From Polymyxa betae A26-41 (Eukaryota > Protista > Endomyxa: Phytomyxea), in contig RBZT01000259.1 of NCBI GenBank assembly GCA_003693705.1, positions 45,933-109,932 on the forward strand: 64,000 bases of DNA, in the 5' to 3' direction. The notes beneath the pieces were generated by a model, which saw only the letters and a program-made list of their open reading frames with translations, was not told where the DNA came from and ran no database searches. The translations under genes and the position numbers were made by a program. Positions 1 to 14,265 of this stretch are shown here, piece by piece; the first letter of the stretch is position 1, and each line of letters opens with the position of its first letter.

Positions 1-3000
1 TTGATGGCAATAGCCAAGTCAAGACCAATGGTCTCAAGGTTTGTAGATTTTATCTACTAGAGCAACAACTCAATTTTTGCAGGTGATGTTAATGGCGTCA
101 TCTGGGCAAAGAAATCGCATGCACTTTGATTCGGTGGTGCTTTGTGTCAAGACATGCATCGATGTTTACGCCAGGACAGACAGCTCAGCAAACCAGACGG
201 CGGCTTCAGCGACCTTAACTCAAATATTAACAACAATGCTCTCGCGATATGATCATGATGTCGGCAATGGTGCTGCAGCGATCGTTGAACCATCAGAAGA
301 AGTAAGATTTCCACAACAATATAATATTTATTTAAGAGCAATCTTAGGAAATCGTTGTCAGCATTGTTGATAGTTTAGTGAATACAGTCTGCAGAGATTT
401 CGGCGAGGGTCAAAAGGAGATTGGAAAGGATATTCTGCGGTCTCTGGATACGTTATTAAGGCTCAGCATGAAGAAATCTGCCCCTGATGGTTAGCTATGA
501 TACATCAATTTTTCTGCAGTTAATCAATGGCAAAGGTCCCGATAATCGTATGCAAACGTTTGCAAGAGAGATGGTTTTATTACTGCTGCGTAATGGTGGC
601 CCCAGATTTAAATCCAGTCCTTCTGTCATTGAACTTTTCAATGTGAGTTCGCACTTAGCATTTGTGATGCCAGACTGATCTGTCGCAGGAATTTCTGATC
701 GGTCCTTTTATCGCCAATGCAGTCAGTCCATCGCCTAATGACTTCCGTCTTGCGGTGTCGATTCTGAGTGAGGGCTGTTAATTTTAATTGTCAATGCCAT
801 TCAATATTTGAGCTCAGGTACGATAGCGATTAATTTCTCTGCATCGCTCTCGAATCCACTCTCGTTAGCCATTAACCATCTTATGAATGTTGTCCTTGAA
901 GGCATGCCATAGCTTAGTCAGACACCAAGCTTCTCTAATTATATAGTTCAGGCTCGCTCCGAGCTGAGACTCATATTTTGATATTGTTGGAATTGCTGTC
1001 ATTCCTTTCAAGTCGCAGTCATGTTTTAGGCGATCTGTTCGTTCCCAAACAAGTTCAATCGACGGCACCGAAACTTTTCTTCAGCATTCTTCGCATGCTG
1101 CAAGTAATCGAAGGCTGAACTTGTGATTTTTATTTCTGACCTAGTGCTCAAGGCGTGCATCTCGAACACTGTTGAGAAGTCATCTTCGACCGCTGTTAAG
1201 GCTCACCCAATTATTGTCCAATCTGTCCGAACGCTAGGGCTTATAGCAGCCTCATTGCATCTCTGGATAGGTTTATTGATTTTCACGCCGAGTTTAGCTT
1301 TAACTCAATTTGCTCTAGATACGCTGCCCAATAATGGTCAATCTCTGTCTCGGAAATCAAGTGATACTTTAGGAACATTTCATTCAACGAGCGATATGGA
1401 ATCATCGTCTTCTCCTCGTTCACGTCCTGTTTTTCTGCAGGATGTTACGACACAAATAATTCAATGTGAGAGACCTGTTAACCCTGTTGATATCTTAACT
1501 GCTAAACATGGAATCATGAACCTGCTTAGTCAGGGTAAATTCAAATATCCTTTCGCATTGCTTGGTGTTGAAGACGCGATTTTAGGATGGCCGCCTGCAT
1601 TGGCCGCCCTCTCACAGGCCACTGAACGCTGTGCGAACGATGCAGAAACTTGGAAGAGGTGCATTGATTCGTATAAAGAATTTGTCCTTTTGTCAATGGC
1701 AATGGATGCTTCTGTTTCTAGACAAACTTTTGTCCAAGCTCTTGTGAATAGGTTGGCGTTCACTGATATCCGTTTCTCGACTATTTAACAAATTTAGTAC
1801 CAAGCTGTTTAACATGAGAGGTTCGATGTATGGAACCAATGCGCCATCACCTTCTGTTACTCTCACCGCCAATCATCGCTATGTCATTTCAATTGTGCTC
1901 GATCTTGCTGTTCACAATTGCGATCAGCTTGATGAGTCTTGGGATGTGGTTCTGCATTTTTTCTGGAATCTTGAGAAACATGTTGTTAGAACAGAGCCGA
2001 CTCTGAAAGATCAAATCCAGCAAGTATACAACGGCTCTGGTCAGTTATCTGATGCCGCTGTTATTCATTTTACCACTTCATCTTGCAATGTATCACAACA
2101 GGTATGGCTGGTGTTTGTTGACCGATTTGGAGCTGTTTTTCATGAGACGGATCTCGTCAGGAACTCTCATCTGGCGGAATCAAAATGCTGGAACGACTTG
2201 CGAATATTATGATTCAAAATCTGCACCGTTCTGTTGAGAAAATCAAACATATCTGGTCGCTACTTCGCGTTCATCTTGCTCAGGTAAACCAATTCCTTGA
2301 CTTAGGTCCATACTTTATAGCAGATTATAGGCGGCTAATACAAATTCAGCCCCAGTATGTGATGCCGTCGTCGCTTCCATTGCTAAGATTCTTAATGTGG
2401 TTCTAAGTTCGCAAGCTCCTAATCATGTAGCCCATTGTTTGCTTTAATCCATGTATGTTATAACATCTCACTTAGGTAACTCCTCTACAAGGACAATTCG
2501 TGGACATCTTTATTTCGATCATGTAGTACTTTTCTGGCTGATTTCTTACGGCAGTTCTCTGATTGCATTGGTAAGGGGTCCAAGACATGACCCGGCTCAA
2601 TGGCATCGTGTAGTCTCTGCTCTTTCAGAACTCATTGTTTCTCATGTCGAATCAATCTCGAGTGCGTGGCATGATATTCTCGTGGTTATGACGTTCGCAT
2701 CCAAAGAAAAGAGTTTGGATACTGTTCTGCTGATTTTGAAGATGGCCTATGTTATTTGTCCACAGAAAATCAATCTTTTACAACTTGTACGTCTCAGCTG
2801 TTTTTCTTCTATCTTGTATCTTGATTCTCATTTAGAACGAAGTTCAAGAATTGATTACTGTCGCCGACGTGTTATCACATTGCGAATTTCCATATGTGCA
2901 GATTCACGCTGTAGCACTAATGTGCATTATTACCCAAGGTCGATTTATTTGCATTGATATGTATTCTTTACCCAATATGCTTAGATGCTTGCGAGTCAGA

Positions 3001-4221
3001 ATCCAGATCCCAATTGATCCCTGGGGTCATTTCTTCGCTACTCATATCTCTCAGCGCCGTATTGCCATTACCGAAAACTTTGATTGAACGCAGTCTCGAA
3101 GTATGTCGATCGGTACCAGCATTGAGATTTAAACTTACCAGTATCAAATTCAGGCTATTATCGGCCTAGCTCACAGTCACGGAAAACCTATTTGGAAAAG
3201 ACTTCAAGCCTCGGCTTTTGAACCTTATTTAAGCGACCCAGCTTTGAATTCGGTATGCTCTTGAAAAATCGTTAGTAGTGTGTTCACTTGAAGGTGATCT
3301 CCAGGAACCAAGCACATGTACCCAGGACAATGCTATATCTCTCTTTAGGCAATTAAGCCTTGACATTCTGTATTCCATTACTGATATCTTTCTTGGTAAA
3401 ACTGCGACATTGTCCTTGTTTTCAAACTATCTCATATTCTCACAGATTTGTTTCCAGCATCGTCAGACAGTCTCTCGATTATTACTGATATGCTAATGCA
3501 GGCTATCGAGAAGTGTTCTTGTGCTTCTACTGTCACGCAAGCATCCGTTTGTCTGGCGCGGCTTTATACTATCCAGTCTGGTTCGCATCTTGCCAGAATC
3601 TTCAACGATATATCCGCTTTGCTGGACAGATTAGCGGTGCGGTTACAAGAACCAATCGTTTTCAATGCTACTCTTATTGTTGTGGATCATTTGATCCTTC
3701 AACAAGTTCTTCCTGCAGAGCTTAACGAGATGAGCGCAGTGGAACGCTCACTAGAAAAGATCCTGGCACTGACTCGCAATAGTAATCAGCAATTGTATCT
3801 TTGATATGTTGTGTACGCTCAAATATGGTTAGGCGAGAACATTTCGTTGGAATCTTTAGCTTTGCGTGCACTTGTTCATCTTAGCAGCACCCAAAGAAGT
3901 CGATTCCCTTCATTATGCAATGGAATTCTGCTAAAAACTTTTGACCATCTCTGCCTAGAAGACAAATTCATCGATGCTTCCAGCAGAGTCCCTCATGGTA
4001 AAAAAACCATAGCTTCAAGTCATGAGTTATTTAATGTTGCCAAAGATATGTCGCTGTGTCTAGTTTTATCAGCACTTCACGCTATCTCCGCTGATGATTT
4101 CTGGAGAGATTTTTGTTCTCGCAATGAGCGCCCGCATCGGCTTTTTTTGCAGATTGAATCTAATTCTGAACCGGTTCGTGAATGCGTGAAGAAATTGCTC
4201 TCTGCTAGGGTTGGGGCATAA
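1..4221 (+). CDS. MON2/BIG-like large ARF-GEF family protein (DCB-HUS-HDS), multi-exon, probably 5'-partial; no Sec7 domain seen
   Basis: DCB-type motif LCVKTCIDVYARTDSSANQTAASATLTQIL; HUS-like segment ~560-860; HDS1-like GWPPALAALSQ...SRQTFVQAL; LDESWDVVL; ~50 nt GT-AG introns; stop at 4221. Confidence 0.7.
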
Positions 4222-4299
4222 GCACACATGAAACACAAACGAAAAGATGGTTGGCTTTCAAGGTCAAATGTACAGTGCAATACAAATTTATTTATCATT

Positions 4300-7200
4300 C
4301 TATAGCCATTTTAATGATCGCTGTTTTCGTTTAGCCATGCCAGAGGAGAAAAAGATCCCAATTGCAACAGCAGAGACAGTGGCAAGCAATAAGGGGAGAT
4401 TAAAATCGGAATTCAGTAGATCAAATGGACGGGAAGGATGAGTTCTTGTGGTAAAGATGTCTAGACCAGCCGAAGCTATGATACTAGCAGATTCTAGCTC
4501 CGTGCCTGAAGAGGAAATCGAGCTGCCATAACGGATTTACTTTTACGATTTTAGAAAACATAGCATACGTACTGGATTCTATTGACAGCACGGTCATAAT
4601 TAATGATATTGAGAGGATTTACAGTGATTGAAGGAGGGGTTTGACGCCAAGTAGCATCCGAAGTGATGGAATATAGATCGACCATGTATAGCTGACCCGA
4701 GCACAAACCGATCATAATCTGAACAAAAAGAAATTAATAATCTGCCTGATGATTGGAATATTTTACCCACTTGCTTCATTGTAATTCCACGAAGCGTTTT
4801 GGTAGATCCCAAAGAGCAAATTGCGTTTTGGAAAACAAAAGCTTGCGCTATAGCAGGACCTACAACCCATCTTCAGTGGAAATAAAAAAGGCACAATAAT
4901 GCTACCGTTGTGATATAGCTCAACGATGCCTATATTGAACAGCATGTCGCGGCTGTTATAAAATGAATAAACAACGACGTTTTCGATAATAGTCACATGA
5001 CACTGTTCAAGGCGGCTGGCACAATGAGGATGCTCATTGCGATACAGAACATTGCCATTTTGCCCATCAACCACCAACAACGAAAGAGTCGTCCCAGAAG
5101 CAGTCAGAAGGGCACGAAAAGGCCTATTTTGATATTTGAACAAAATCTGATCGGCCTTGTTGATGAATGGACTCGGAATAATTTCGTTTGGATTGCTGCA
5201 AGCAGACGATGTAATTACAGTGTCAGATGGAAATCGGTACCGCCAAATTAGCTCGTTGCTTGTAAGCTGAGAGATCATTAGTAAACTATATATCTGCAAT
5301 AGCGATGTCTTACCGATTCCGAAACGCTAGCACGATGACCTTCAATGGCATTTTCGGTAATAGACACATTATTATAATACAACCCGCTGGGATACAATTT
5401 GGCAACATGGCCAGCAATGTTCTTTGGGACAATATCGCAACCGCCTAAGAAGTGATAAATAAACATTGGATTAGAGACAAAAAACTAACCGGAAAGCAGA
5501 GATACAAACAAGAATGAAGAAGCAGGAGATGTTGACAAAGGATACTCTACTGCTGCAATGACCTTACTGTCGAACTTTTGTGTGATTGCATTAATGGCGC
5601 CTATATCAGATTAGAAACGGTATTAAGTCCACAGGCATTTCGGCAGCAAATGACGTGACAAATAAAAAAAACAATACCGGATACAAGATCGATCTGAAGA
5701 GCGTAATGACCACCAATAAGAAACACTTCGGGAAGAGAAAAGACGCGAATATAATCCGAGTCTGTAAAGTGATAGGGAACCAGTGATAGACTCCAGCGTA
5801 ATTGTCCTGTAAGACTACAAAGTGCAAACAAACGTGTTCGCGATACAATCAGAACGATCTTCTTCATTCCGAAAGAGCTGTTGTCGAACGGAAGGGCATT
5901 TTCACTGGAAATCAGCGTATCCAAAGTAAACCTTAAGCTTTATATCAGCTCCGAGCATCCCAGAAGTACAGTTTGAGCATTACCCAGAAAACCCCGATAA
6001 GGCGTCAGCCAGAAACTGTTTGGCCAACTTATACTGTATCCCTAAACGAGGAATAAAAGACGGGAAATGATCCAGTGAAGCTCTGTTATTGGTTAGATCA
6101 AGATGAAGCAAATGGAAATTCTTACAGTGATTGCTCAGTGGGAGAAGCGACCAGAACGACTTGTTGAGACGATGCTATCGCTTCATAACGAACCCATAAT
6201 AATGACTTTTTGACTAAAACAAAATTAGATATGACGGTCGTCCCAGTAAGCCTGCATACTAATGTCGAAACACAAAAATGAACCATCTGCAGAAGAGACG
6301 CTACAGATTTCGTCTTTACAGTAAGCCGAAGTAATTAAGCCATAGTCGTTCATGTCGAAAGGAACCGACCCAAGCAACGCCGAAGCCTTTGACAGGTAAA
6401 TCTGGAAAAGTTGAATGAAAGAATTCAGTAAACATAGCTCGTCCAACCTTATCACTGGTTTGAATCAAGCGAATTCCTCCAGACCAATGCTCTGTTTGAA
6501 CAGATTCAGGGATTGAAACAGTTGGTACTACAGCTTTCGTGTTCAAATCTAAAGTGATTCTGCGGCCAGATGCGAACTTCAGTTCACTCAAAGAGACGTC
6601 CAAGGTTGATGCGGATACGAAATCTCCAGCATGAGTATCAAAAGGGATTTTATCTGAAAGGTCGCCGTTGATGACTTGTTGAGCAAAAGTAGACGTAATC
6701 AGAAAGCCATTGCTCCCGCTTATTGGCAAGAATCTGAAAAACGCTTTTAAAGAAAAGAATAAGAGAAAGCGAAGCAGAATCACTTTGAGTTTTCATTGAT
6801 GTTGAGCGACTTTGAGCGAACAGAGACACCAGATTGGTCAAAAGTATCAAATCTGATAGTATTGGATTCATCTTTGAGTACAACATCGATTAAGTTAACA
6901 GAAGGGCCTCGAGCAGCGACATTCTCAATAGTTTTGGTTAATGAATAAACCTTCTCGCCGGTCGTGGCATCGAATGCATGAATGCAATTACGACACCAAG
7001 CTATAATCAGAGAAGATGTTTTCAACAACTGAAATGAAGAATCATATTTCTTCTCAATCTGATCAGGAGCAGAAAAAGAACGCGTCATTGCTTTTAATGA
7101 TCCATCCGAAGCCGACCTACAGAGTATCACAGAAAGCTCAAAGAGATGGAAGGTTATGTACCATATTGCTAAATTGGGATCAGACGGTGAGCCTAAAGTT

Positions 7201-7533
7201 GTGTAAACTGATGCAGATTCATCGTCTAATAAGAACCCAGAGATGTATTCATGTTCAGGAAGGACTTGACGCCAGATAATCTCGTTATCATATGTTCGAA
7301 TTGCAGCTAATACTGCAGCGGACGTCCCTACAATTACCGATGACCGATAGAATTCAGCATATTTTACTGGGCCGACATTCTTCTGGTACCTGTACGCCAA
7401 AAGTCAATTCAATTAAGAAGCTGGCAACGCTGGCCTGCTCGTACCAATCAAAACTGCCAATCTGGTGCTGATAGAGACCATGTGATAGATGTAGACATGA
7501 TAGAAGTGTGAGATAGACAATGATATGGAACAT
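4300..7533 (-). CDS. EMC1: ER membrane protein complex subunit 1
   Basis: Signal peptide then LYQHQIGSFDW|YQKNVG; IIWRQVLP; FGMKKIVLIVS; C-terminal ELESASII..GLDIFTTRTHPSRPFDLLNSDFN + TM + basic tail KWL*. Confidence 0.9.
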
Positions 7534-7950
7534 GATTGCATAAAGAGGGGTCTGTTATCTGGGGTGATAATCTGGGGCCGTGGGGTCTATCTATAAACAC
7601 AACATCTCGCACTAATACAAATGTCATTAGGCAGATTGTTGCATTGGTTGGTAGTTGGCAGTCGATTACAATTCCAGACGCTTCAACAGTCTGGGATCTG
7701 GTTGATGCGACCAAGTAAGACAACGCTTTAATGAGTCGAATCCGTATATCATGATGGAGCACTACAATCTCCCTTCTGTTGGATTGAAGTCGATCCAGTA
7801 TTGTCAAATCACAATACATTTGCTGATATCATTCATATATTAACGATTACGTCGTTTGTATCTGCGATTCTGGAATTTGATAACAGATTATGTAAGCCCG
7901 TTTCTTCCAACAACAGATTAGACCACGTTGTCGTCCAATAGTCATCGTTT

Positions 7951-9181
7951 TTATTGGTTCTCTCCAGGAGCAGCACCATCTCCTTCGTTGGCAGATGGCA
8001 CCGGATCGGGAACTGCTGAAAACTTCGCAATTGTCTTTCGCCATTCCCGTTCAGCTGCAAATGCACGAATATCGGCTTCTAGAAGCTGCTCTCTCAACAA
8101 CAGCGAGAGCCTTGTCGCCTCTCCGAAATCAACCTTGGAGATTTCCCGTGATTGTCCTAACCATGTTCATTAACAATTTGCAGTTAATGCTTCACTCAAT
8201 CAATACCAATCGTATCGAATGCAATTAGAAAATGTGTCGGAATGCGAGGCGCTTCGATCAATTCGGGTTCCGACGGCGTCTTTTCTGTTTCTGTTTGTTC
8301 GGAATCCGCTTGCTGTTCCGTCTCTGTTGGTTTTATCGGTTCTGGTTGAGGCGGTTTCGGACCGAGACGATACGTTCCGTCTTCCAACGTCAACGCAGCG
8401 TCATGCAGCAACGTTCCATATTCAATCAAAATGGCTCCGTACGACCCTACATCCTTCCGCCGAAAGAACCTCAACTTCTGTGTTGCTTCCCCTAAGAATG
8501 TCAACATTTCGCATTCAGTACAGGTGCATCGAACCTAAAATTGTGTTTGGAATGTGCAGCGTTTTAGGTTGGTAAGGTCGCTGAACGACGGGCGCTTCAG
8601 ATTCCTTCTCGTCCGATTGCAATTCTTGTTCAGCCTCGGGCTGCTGTTCCAACAGGGATAAGGTGATAGCCGGCGGTGTTAATCTCTGCCCGATCATGAA
8701 TTCGTGGCCAGGCGTCGCTGAGAAGTATCGAATGCATTTTTGCCCATCAACATCTTCGACAACTCCGGCGTAGACCTAAACAGGATTTAGGGGCCAGCAC
8801 AGTCCTGAGACTTCATACCCCTGTAGCGTTCAAAACGTGATGCAGTAGATTGACAAACTCGTTCACGACCTCGATAGGCCAGATCAATTTTATCGATTTC
8901 TCTACGAAATCAAGTTCAAACTGTAAACGTTGTGCTCGCGCCGCTGACTTGGCTTCAAGCGCAGCGATTCGTTTTGATTGTTGGTTTCTAGAAGCGAGCT
9001 CTAGTTGCTCAATGGCGATGGTGCGAAGGGGTTGGCCCTCTTGTCGCTTCCGATTTTCAACATAATTCAGGAGAAACTGGGACAGAAAATCCACTGAATC
9101 GTCAGGAGACTGGATCATGCAGGCAGCTAAGCCATCAGCCAAAACATCGCCGATGTTCCTCTTTAAGTATTCAACATCCAT
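7951..9181 (-). CDS. Dpy-30 motif flagellar radial spoke protein 2-like
   Basis: N-terminal Dpy-30 motif DVEYLKRNIGDVLADGLAACMIQSPDDSVDFLSQFLLNYV; segments IRYFSATPGHE, LHIPN, LRFFRRKDVGSY, AFDTIG resemble Chlamydomonas RSP2; spliced end ...APGENQ* at 7951. Confidence 0.7.
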
Positions 9182-9208
9182 TCAGTCGCAGTCAGATAAC
9201 TATCCCGC

Positions 9209-12200
9209 TCAATAGATCACAGCGATCGTACCAATAATACATATCCAAGACAGTTCTCTTCTATGAATCAAACTTTTCGGGGAGCGTTGCTGTGCTTGTT
9301 CAATACGTTTTTGACAGATCAAAACCTCTCGTAATGAGACTGAATCATATATTTAATTGATGACAGCAAGGCAATTTACAGCTTTGCCGGTATAAAAAGG
9401 ATGTCTGTCGTCTAAGCTGCGCTGAGCAACAGATGCACCTGGAAACGTTGCCGGTGGCAGTCGGTTCCGTTAATAAACATTTCGAACACACAACATCGTT
9501 GCACGATATGCAGATCCGCTTCCGCCGACCATGAAATCTCGCAAACGAACGCAAGCAGAGCTTACAATGTTCCGTTGATTTCGTCGAACGGTTCGACACG
9601 CCAACTGCAATTTTCCCGCGATGTTCCAATCGCTTGCCAAGAAATGCAGATGTGGTACTAAGCAAATGAATCAGGCCCTGCTCCACCTCCCTACATACAT
9701 CTGAGGAATTAAATCTACCCAATAAAGTAGCATTTACGAGTTATTACGCTCCATTGATCTTAACAAAGAACCGATCATCGAACATCGGGCTGATCGAGCT
9801 GAAGAAATGGCATCACCAATTTCTGATGTCCAGCGCTCTTTGTCGTCAATCGAATCACCAATGAACACGACTTCTTTTTGAGGATTCACAAGGCTGAACG
9901 CACACGAATTCGGAGTGCCATCGAAATCGATCAGATTACAGTAGGCAACCTGCATGACGCGGTGGACGTTGATGCGTACGTCCCCGTTCGCAACACAATA
10001 TGATGTACCATAGATAAATACATCCGAAAATAGGAAGATATCGTATCTACGACAACAGTTAGTAAAAAAAAGGGGAAACGTCACGAAGACCTTCTATCGT
10101 CTTTCAGGCCCCTCCGTCGTCGTTTCCGTAACGATCCTTGTGCCAACAACTTCCGGTTAGGCTCAACAAGATTGATGTCGTACTCACCCTGGTGTTGAGG
10201 TTCAGAGAAAGCGACTACGACAGAAAACGTAGTTCAACCTGCATCGATGATTGCAATTGGTTGAGTTTTTTCATATTACATTCGAGCACCATGCGTTTAA
10301 TCCAAGCGTCGATCCTTTGCGAAAGTGTGTTTGACATTTCTGGTACAACCTCTGATAGCATCTGTTTTTGACATGAGCGATTGTCAAAGCAGTAAGCACA
10401 CTTAGGACTGGCCTGTATCCAAGAGGTTCGCGTCTTCTGTGCAACCTCATTTTCGTCAAGTTGATTCGGAAAACAAAGCTCCAATAAGCCATCTCCTGAG
10501 CACATGACTGTTAAATTCCGATCCTGATTGATCTCCAGCGAATACGAACCCGTTTTGTTGACAACGTCAACACGATTAACAGCGACAGCGCACGTCAGGA
10601 TGTGCTTGAGCGAACCAACACAGAATACAATAGACCTAATAAGACAGCGAAATAAAAAAAAATGAACACAAAGCCATTATGCTTATTCCACCTCATATCA
10701 TCGTATGACATATTTTTTTGCAACGGCTCCACTAGCAGGTGCAGGCACATCGCTGCACATCTGCCGATGACATCCGACCCGAATTTTGTACGATGTCGTC
10801 TCGTATTTGGGTCGAATATAACGATGCCTAAATCACAAAGAAAGATTACAACATGTAGGTCAGAGGAAGGCAAAAAGCTACCTGACTGCAGGCGAAGCTT
10901 CGCGATGGTTTTCTGACAAATCGATTCGGCAATTAATTGGGGCGACAACGGGGCAAATGGCTGCGTTAATAGTGCCTCGTACATCACAATCAATTCTTGT
11001 TCTGAGATTCTACAAGAAGTATTCGACAGCGCCGATAAGAACACGGGCAAAGGGATACGATCCGAACTGAGATGAAAGTGTCAAAACAGATAATTCGCAG
11101 AACACATATTGATAAGTAAAACCTTTTTAATTTCGGGTTGTGAGCGCCCGTGTTATGCATTAATAGCAGATAGGTGAGGACTGTGGCACTATCTGGCTCT
11201 CCGAAGAGTTCAGGTAATCTTTTATAAAAAATTGTTGTACTAAATGTGTGCAGAATGCGCTCGATTTGTTGCGCTTCTGAAGGCAGCATGAATCCAATTC
11301 CTCCAAACAGAACGCGCATCGATTGGATGATGTCATCTTGACCATATGAGAACAGACTAAATTGAGCTCAGATAAAGAACGAAGATAACTGCACCCGTAT
11401 ACCTCAAGTAATTCAATCGGCGGGTTTCTTCTTCTGGCGCTAGCAAAACGGAACTTGTACCGCCCAGAACCTCCAGTAACTTTCAGATGTCATTGTACCA
11501 CGAGCAACAAATCAGCATACCTCTCCCACAGAGTCTGGCGATGGATGATTAAGCAGAAATGTAATAATCGATTCGGGGCCAGATTCGGCCACGTCATTTT
11601 CTCGTAAGAACCGGATTGCTGCAAGAGGTCTGTACAAAGATTGAGAGCTGAATCAATCCTAATGTTGAACGTTACCCATTCCGTTCCGAAACTCGATAGC
11701 CCTCAGCGAACAGACCCATTTCTTGCGGATTGGAACTATCATCAACCAATCCACTAATCCACGACTCATTGAGAGATTTCGTTAAATCAAAAATCATCTG
11801 GAGGAATTTCCGTCGCAGAATATCGTCGGCTAGGAGATAATCAGACAAAACTTTGCATGATCGGATACATACAAGAAAGTGCAATTTCGGGCGACAGAGC
11901 TGAAAGCGATTCCAGTAAATTTCTTACAGGATTGATACTCAGATCCGGGCGTGAATGGTCCAATTCGCGAAACAACAAAAGCAGCTTGCTTGGGCTGTCA
12001 TATACTGAAAATAGCGCTTGCATAATTCGAAATCTGCGATTCAGGGAAATATCCTTGATCCGAATCAAGGGGCATAAACAGGAAGATATGAATATCGATA
12101 GTGGGATGAACAGACAGTAGAAGTAATCTCTAAAAATCAATCAGGATTGTAAAAACAGTTTGAAACCAATTACGTTAAGAGAATAACAATGACATCCAGG

Positions 12201-13682
12201 ACTAGAGGTAACACCTCATCAACACATTCAACAACCAGTCTTGACAATGTCGGGACAATACAATCTCGAATCAGCTGCAATACAGCCTGATTGTGTCGTT
12301 CTGAATCACCAGCGACCACGGTCAGAAACTGTCCATACATCAAGGGGGAGTACGAGCAGAAAACGAATTCTTACGATAGGACTTGATATAAGCTTCTTCA
12401 TAGCCTCCAAACCGATGAGGAGCCTGTCTGCACGAGCACAATTGCATTCAGAAAGTTTGCTGATAAACAACAGGATAGTCGTGAAGCTTCTACAGTCCTT
12501 ATCGAGCACATACTGGTTCAACCAATCTAGCTAGTAAAGCTGCTCAGAAATGAGAATGATTTGAAACAGTAGCGAACCCGAAACCAATTTGATAAACGAG
12601 GGATTTTCGATATTCGTAGACATGAGTATTGCAAAGTTATGTTTTGCTTCAGAACTGGACAGAATCGAAGCAGAGACAGAATCATTGACGATATCTGCGA
12701 CAAAAGTCGACTCGTGGCTTGAATCTATTTGAAGCATTCGAGACAAAGCAAGAACTGCGATGTCGTGAAGCCATTGCCCGCGATTTAACTCTCGACTGCA
12801 TCATTTGTTCAAATAATTTGAGATTTGAAAACAAAGTAATTACCGAGAATCAACTTGGAACAGAGCGAATAGAGCCGACATGATGGTCTCTGGTTGCAGT
12901 ACGTTTGGAAAATTCACGAATATCTGCAAAGTGGCTGTAGTCAGGACGTCAATAAACTTCTCATAAAACGACTCGGAGCAGTGAGCAAGCACTAGACCCG
13001 AGAGCGTTTTAAGAAGCCAGTTGGAAAGCTCGCCTGACAATAGTGAATTTCAGGAATAAAGAGAGCAACAAGAGGCAAGCTGATACCAATTTGTGATTTA
13101 CTGGAGCCGTCAAAGATCCTTTTAAGAAAGGCTTCGACGCTATTCAGCGCGAAGATAGCGGACTCCAGTTCAGTTGAATTAATTGCCATTAAAAGCGGAA
13201 ACAGAAAAGGCATCATCGGGTTCGACGCAGGTAAATGTTCCCAATTCAGATCAGGAAATCTTCGCTCCATGTATAGAAGCGTAGAGTATGGTTTCGGTAG
13301 CGTTGCTGAATGCTGAGATGGAGTTTTCATGAGCGAAATAAACGATTCCTGAAAATAAGTCACGTAGGAAAACTTGCATTGATGAAAAAATTTATACGCG
13401 AGCCTCAACAGAAATTTCTGTAATAAAGGATGCCCCATTTGTCGTGAAACAAAGCCATAATGCAGCTGACTGCTCGGCGTTTTGATCAAGGCAAAAAACT
13501 GCCCTGTAGCCAAATGGTGGCTTCTCCCCATTTATTGGCGAATAGGCCTGGACATTGGATATGTGGCGAGCGTTGTGGTCGGAATCCATCCGATATCGTA
13601 ATTGATAAGAGCTGCGTCCAGATCGAAATGTTATGCCAGCCATTTCTCTCCAGCCTTCTTGCAGCTCTGAACTGTCACCCAC
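9209..13682 (-). CDS. Sec7-domain ARF-GEF with N-terminal MABP-like domain and C-terminal PH and FYVE-like domains (both ends uncertain; a possible extra 5' exon at ~13800-13995)
   Basis: Sec7 motifs FMLPSEAQQIERILHTFS and LLMHNTGAHNPKLK; PH-type RRYDIFLFSDVFIYG...DDKERWTSEIGDAI; Zn finger CKLC..F...RRKRICISCNDVVCSKC..RCICC; N-terminal KPPFGY...LWLCF...FITEI. Confidence 0.75.
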
Positions 13683-14265
13683 AATTGAGGATCACTTTCA
13701 AATAAAAAACTATCAGATGGAAAACGAAGGACTGAGAGAAATGAACGACATCAATGGATGTTTAGAAAAACACAATCACCCAAAAGCAACAAAACCAATT
13801 CTACTTAATCGGTTCAAGGGTCAGCTGAGATATAAACAGGTCAGGTCTGCGACTTGCAGGATGAGAGGTCGGCGAATTAACATCGGTGAGGACCTGCTGG
13901 CAAAGGGTTTGATGGGGGCCTGCATGTCTCATTAGGCGATAGACGGCGGCGACGGCCGCTTCGACAATGTGGTGATGTCCTCCGACCTCCATTACTTTAA
14001 TGACCAAATGATTACCCTACACAATGCAAATGCGAAAAATCTGAAGGTTTACGTTATCGGTTTAGTCGAGGAGCCCCTTCACTTTAACCCACATTATTAC
14101 TGTATCGCAATTCACAGGGTTAAAAGTTTGCGTTATCTTCGTCATTTCTTTTGTATCATCTGAATGAAATTACGAATGCTGTTTAGATGCGATTCTGGTG
14201 GATTTGGATTTCTTTGGTGCATGGATGAAAACAACGATTCACCGAAGTTTATTGGAGGATGGCTT

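Noticed and set aside
1545-1555. ATATCCTTT resembling a U12 AT-AC donor
   Set aside because: Lies inside a 51-nt GT-AG intron that already restores LLSQGWPP; no U12 branch site or AC acceptor seen
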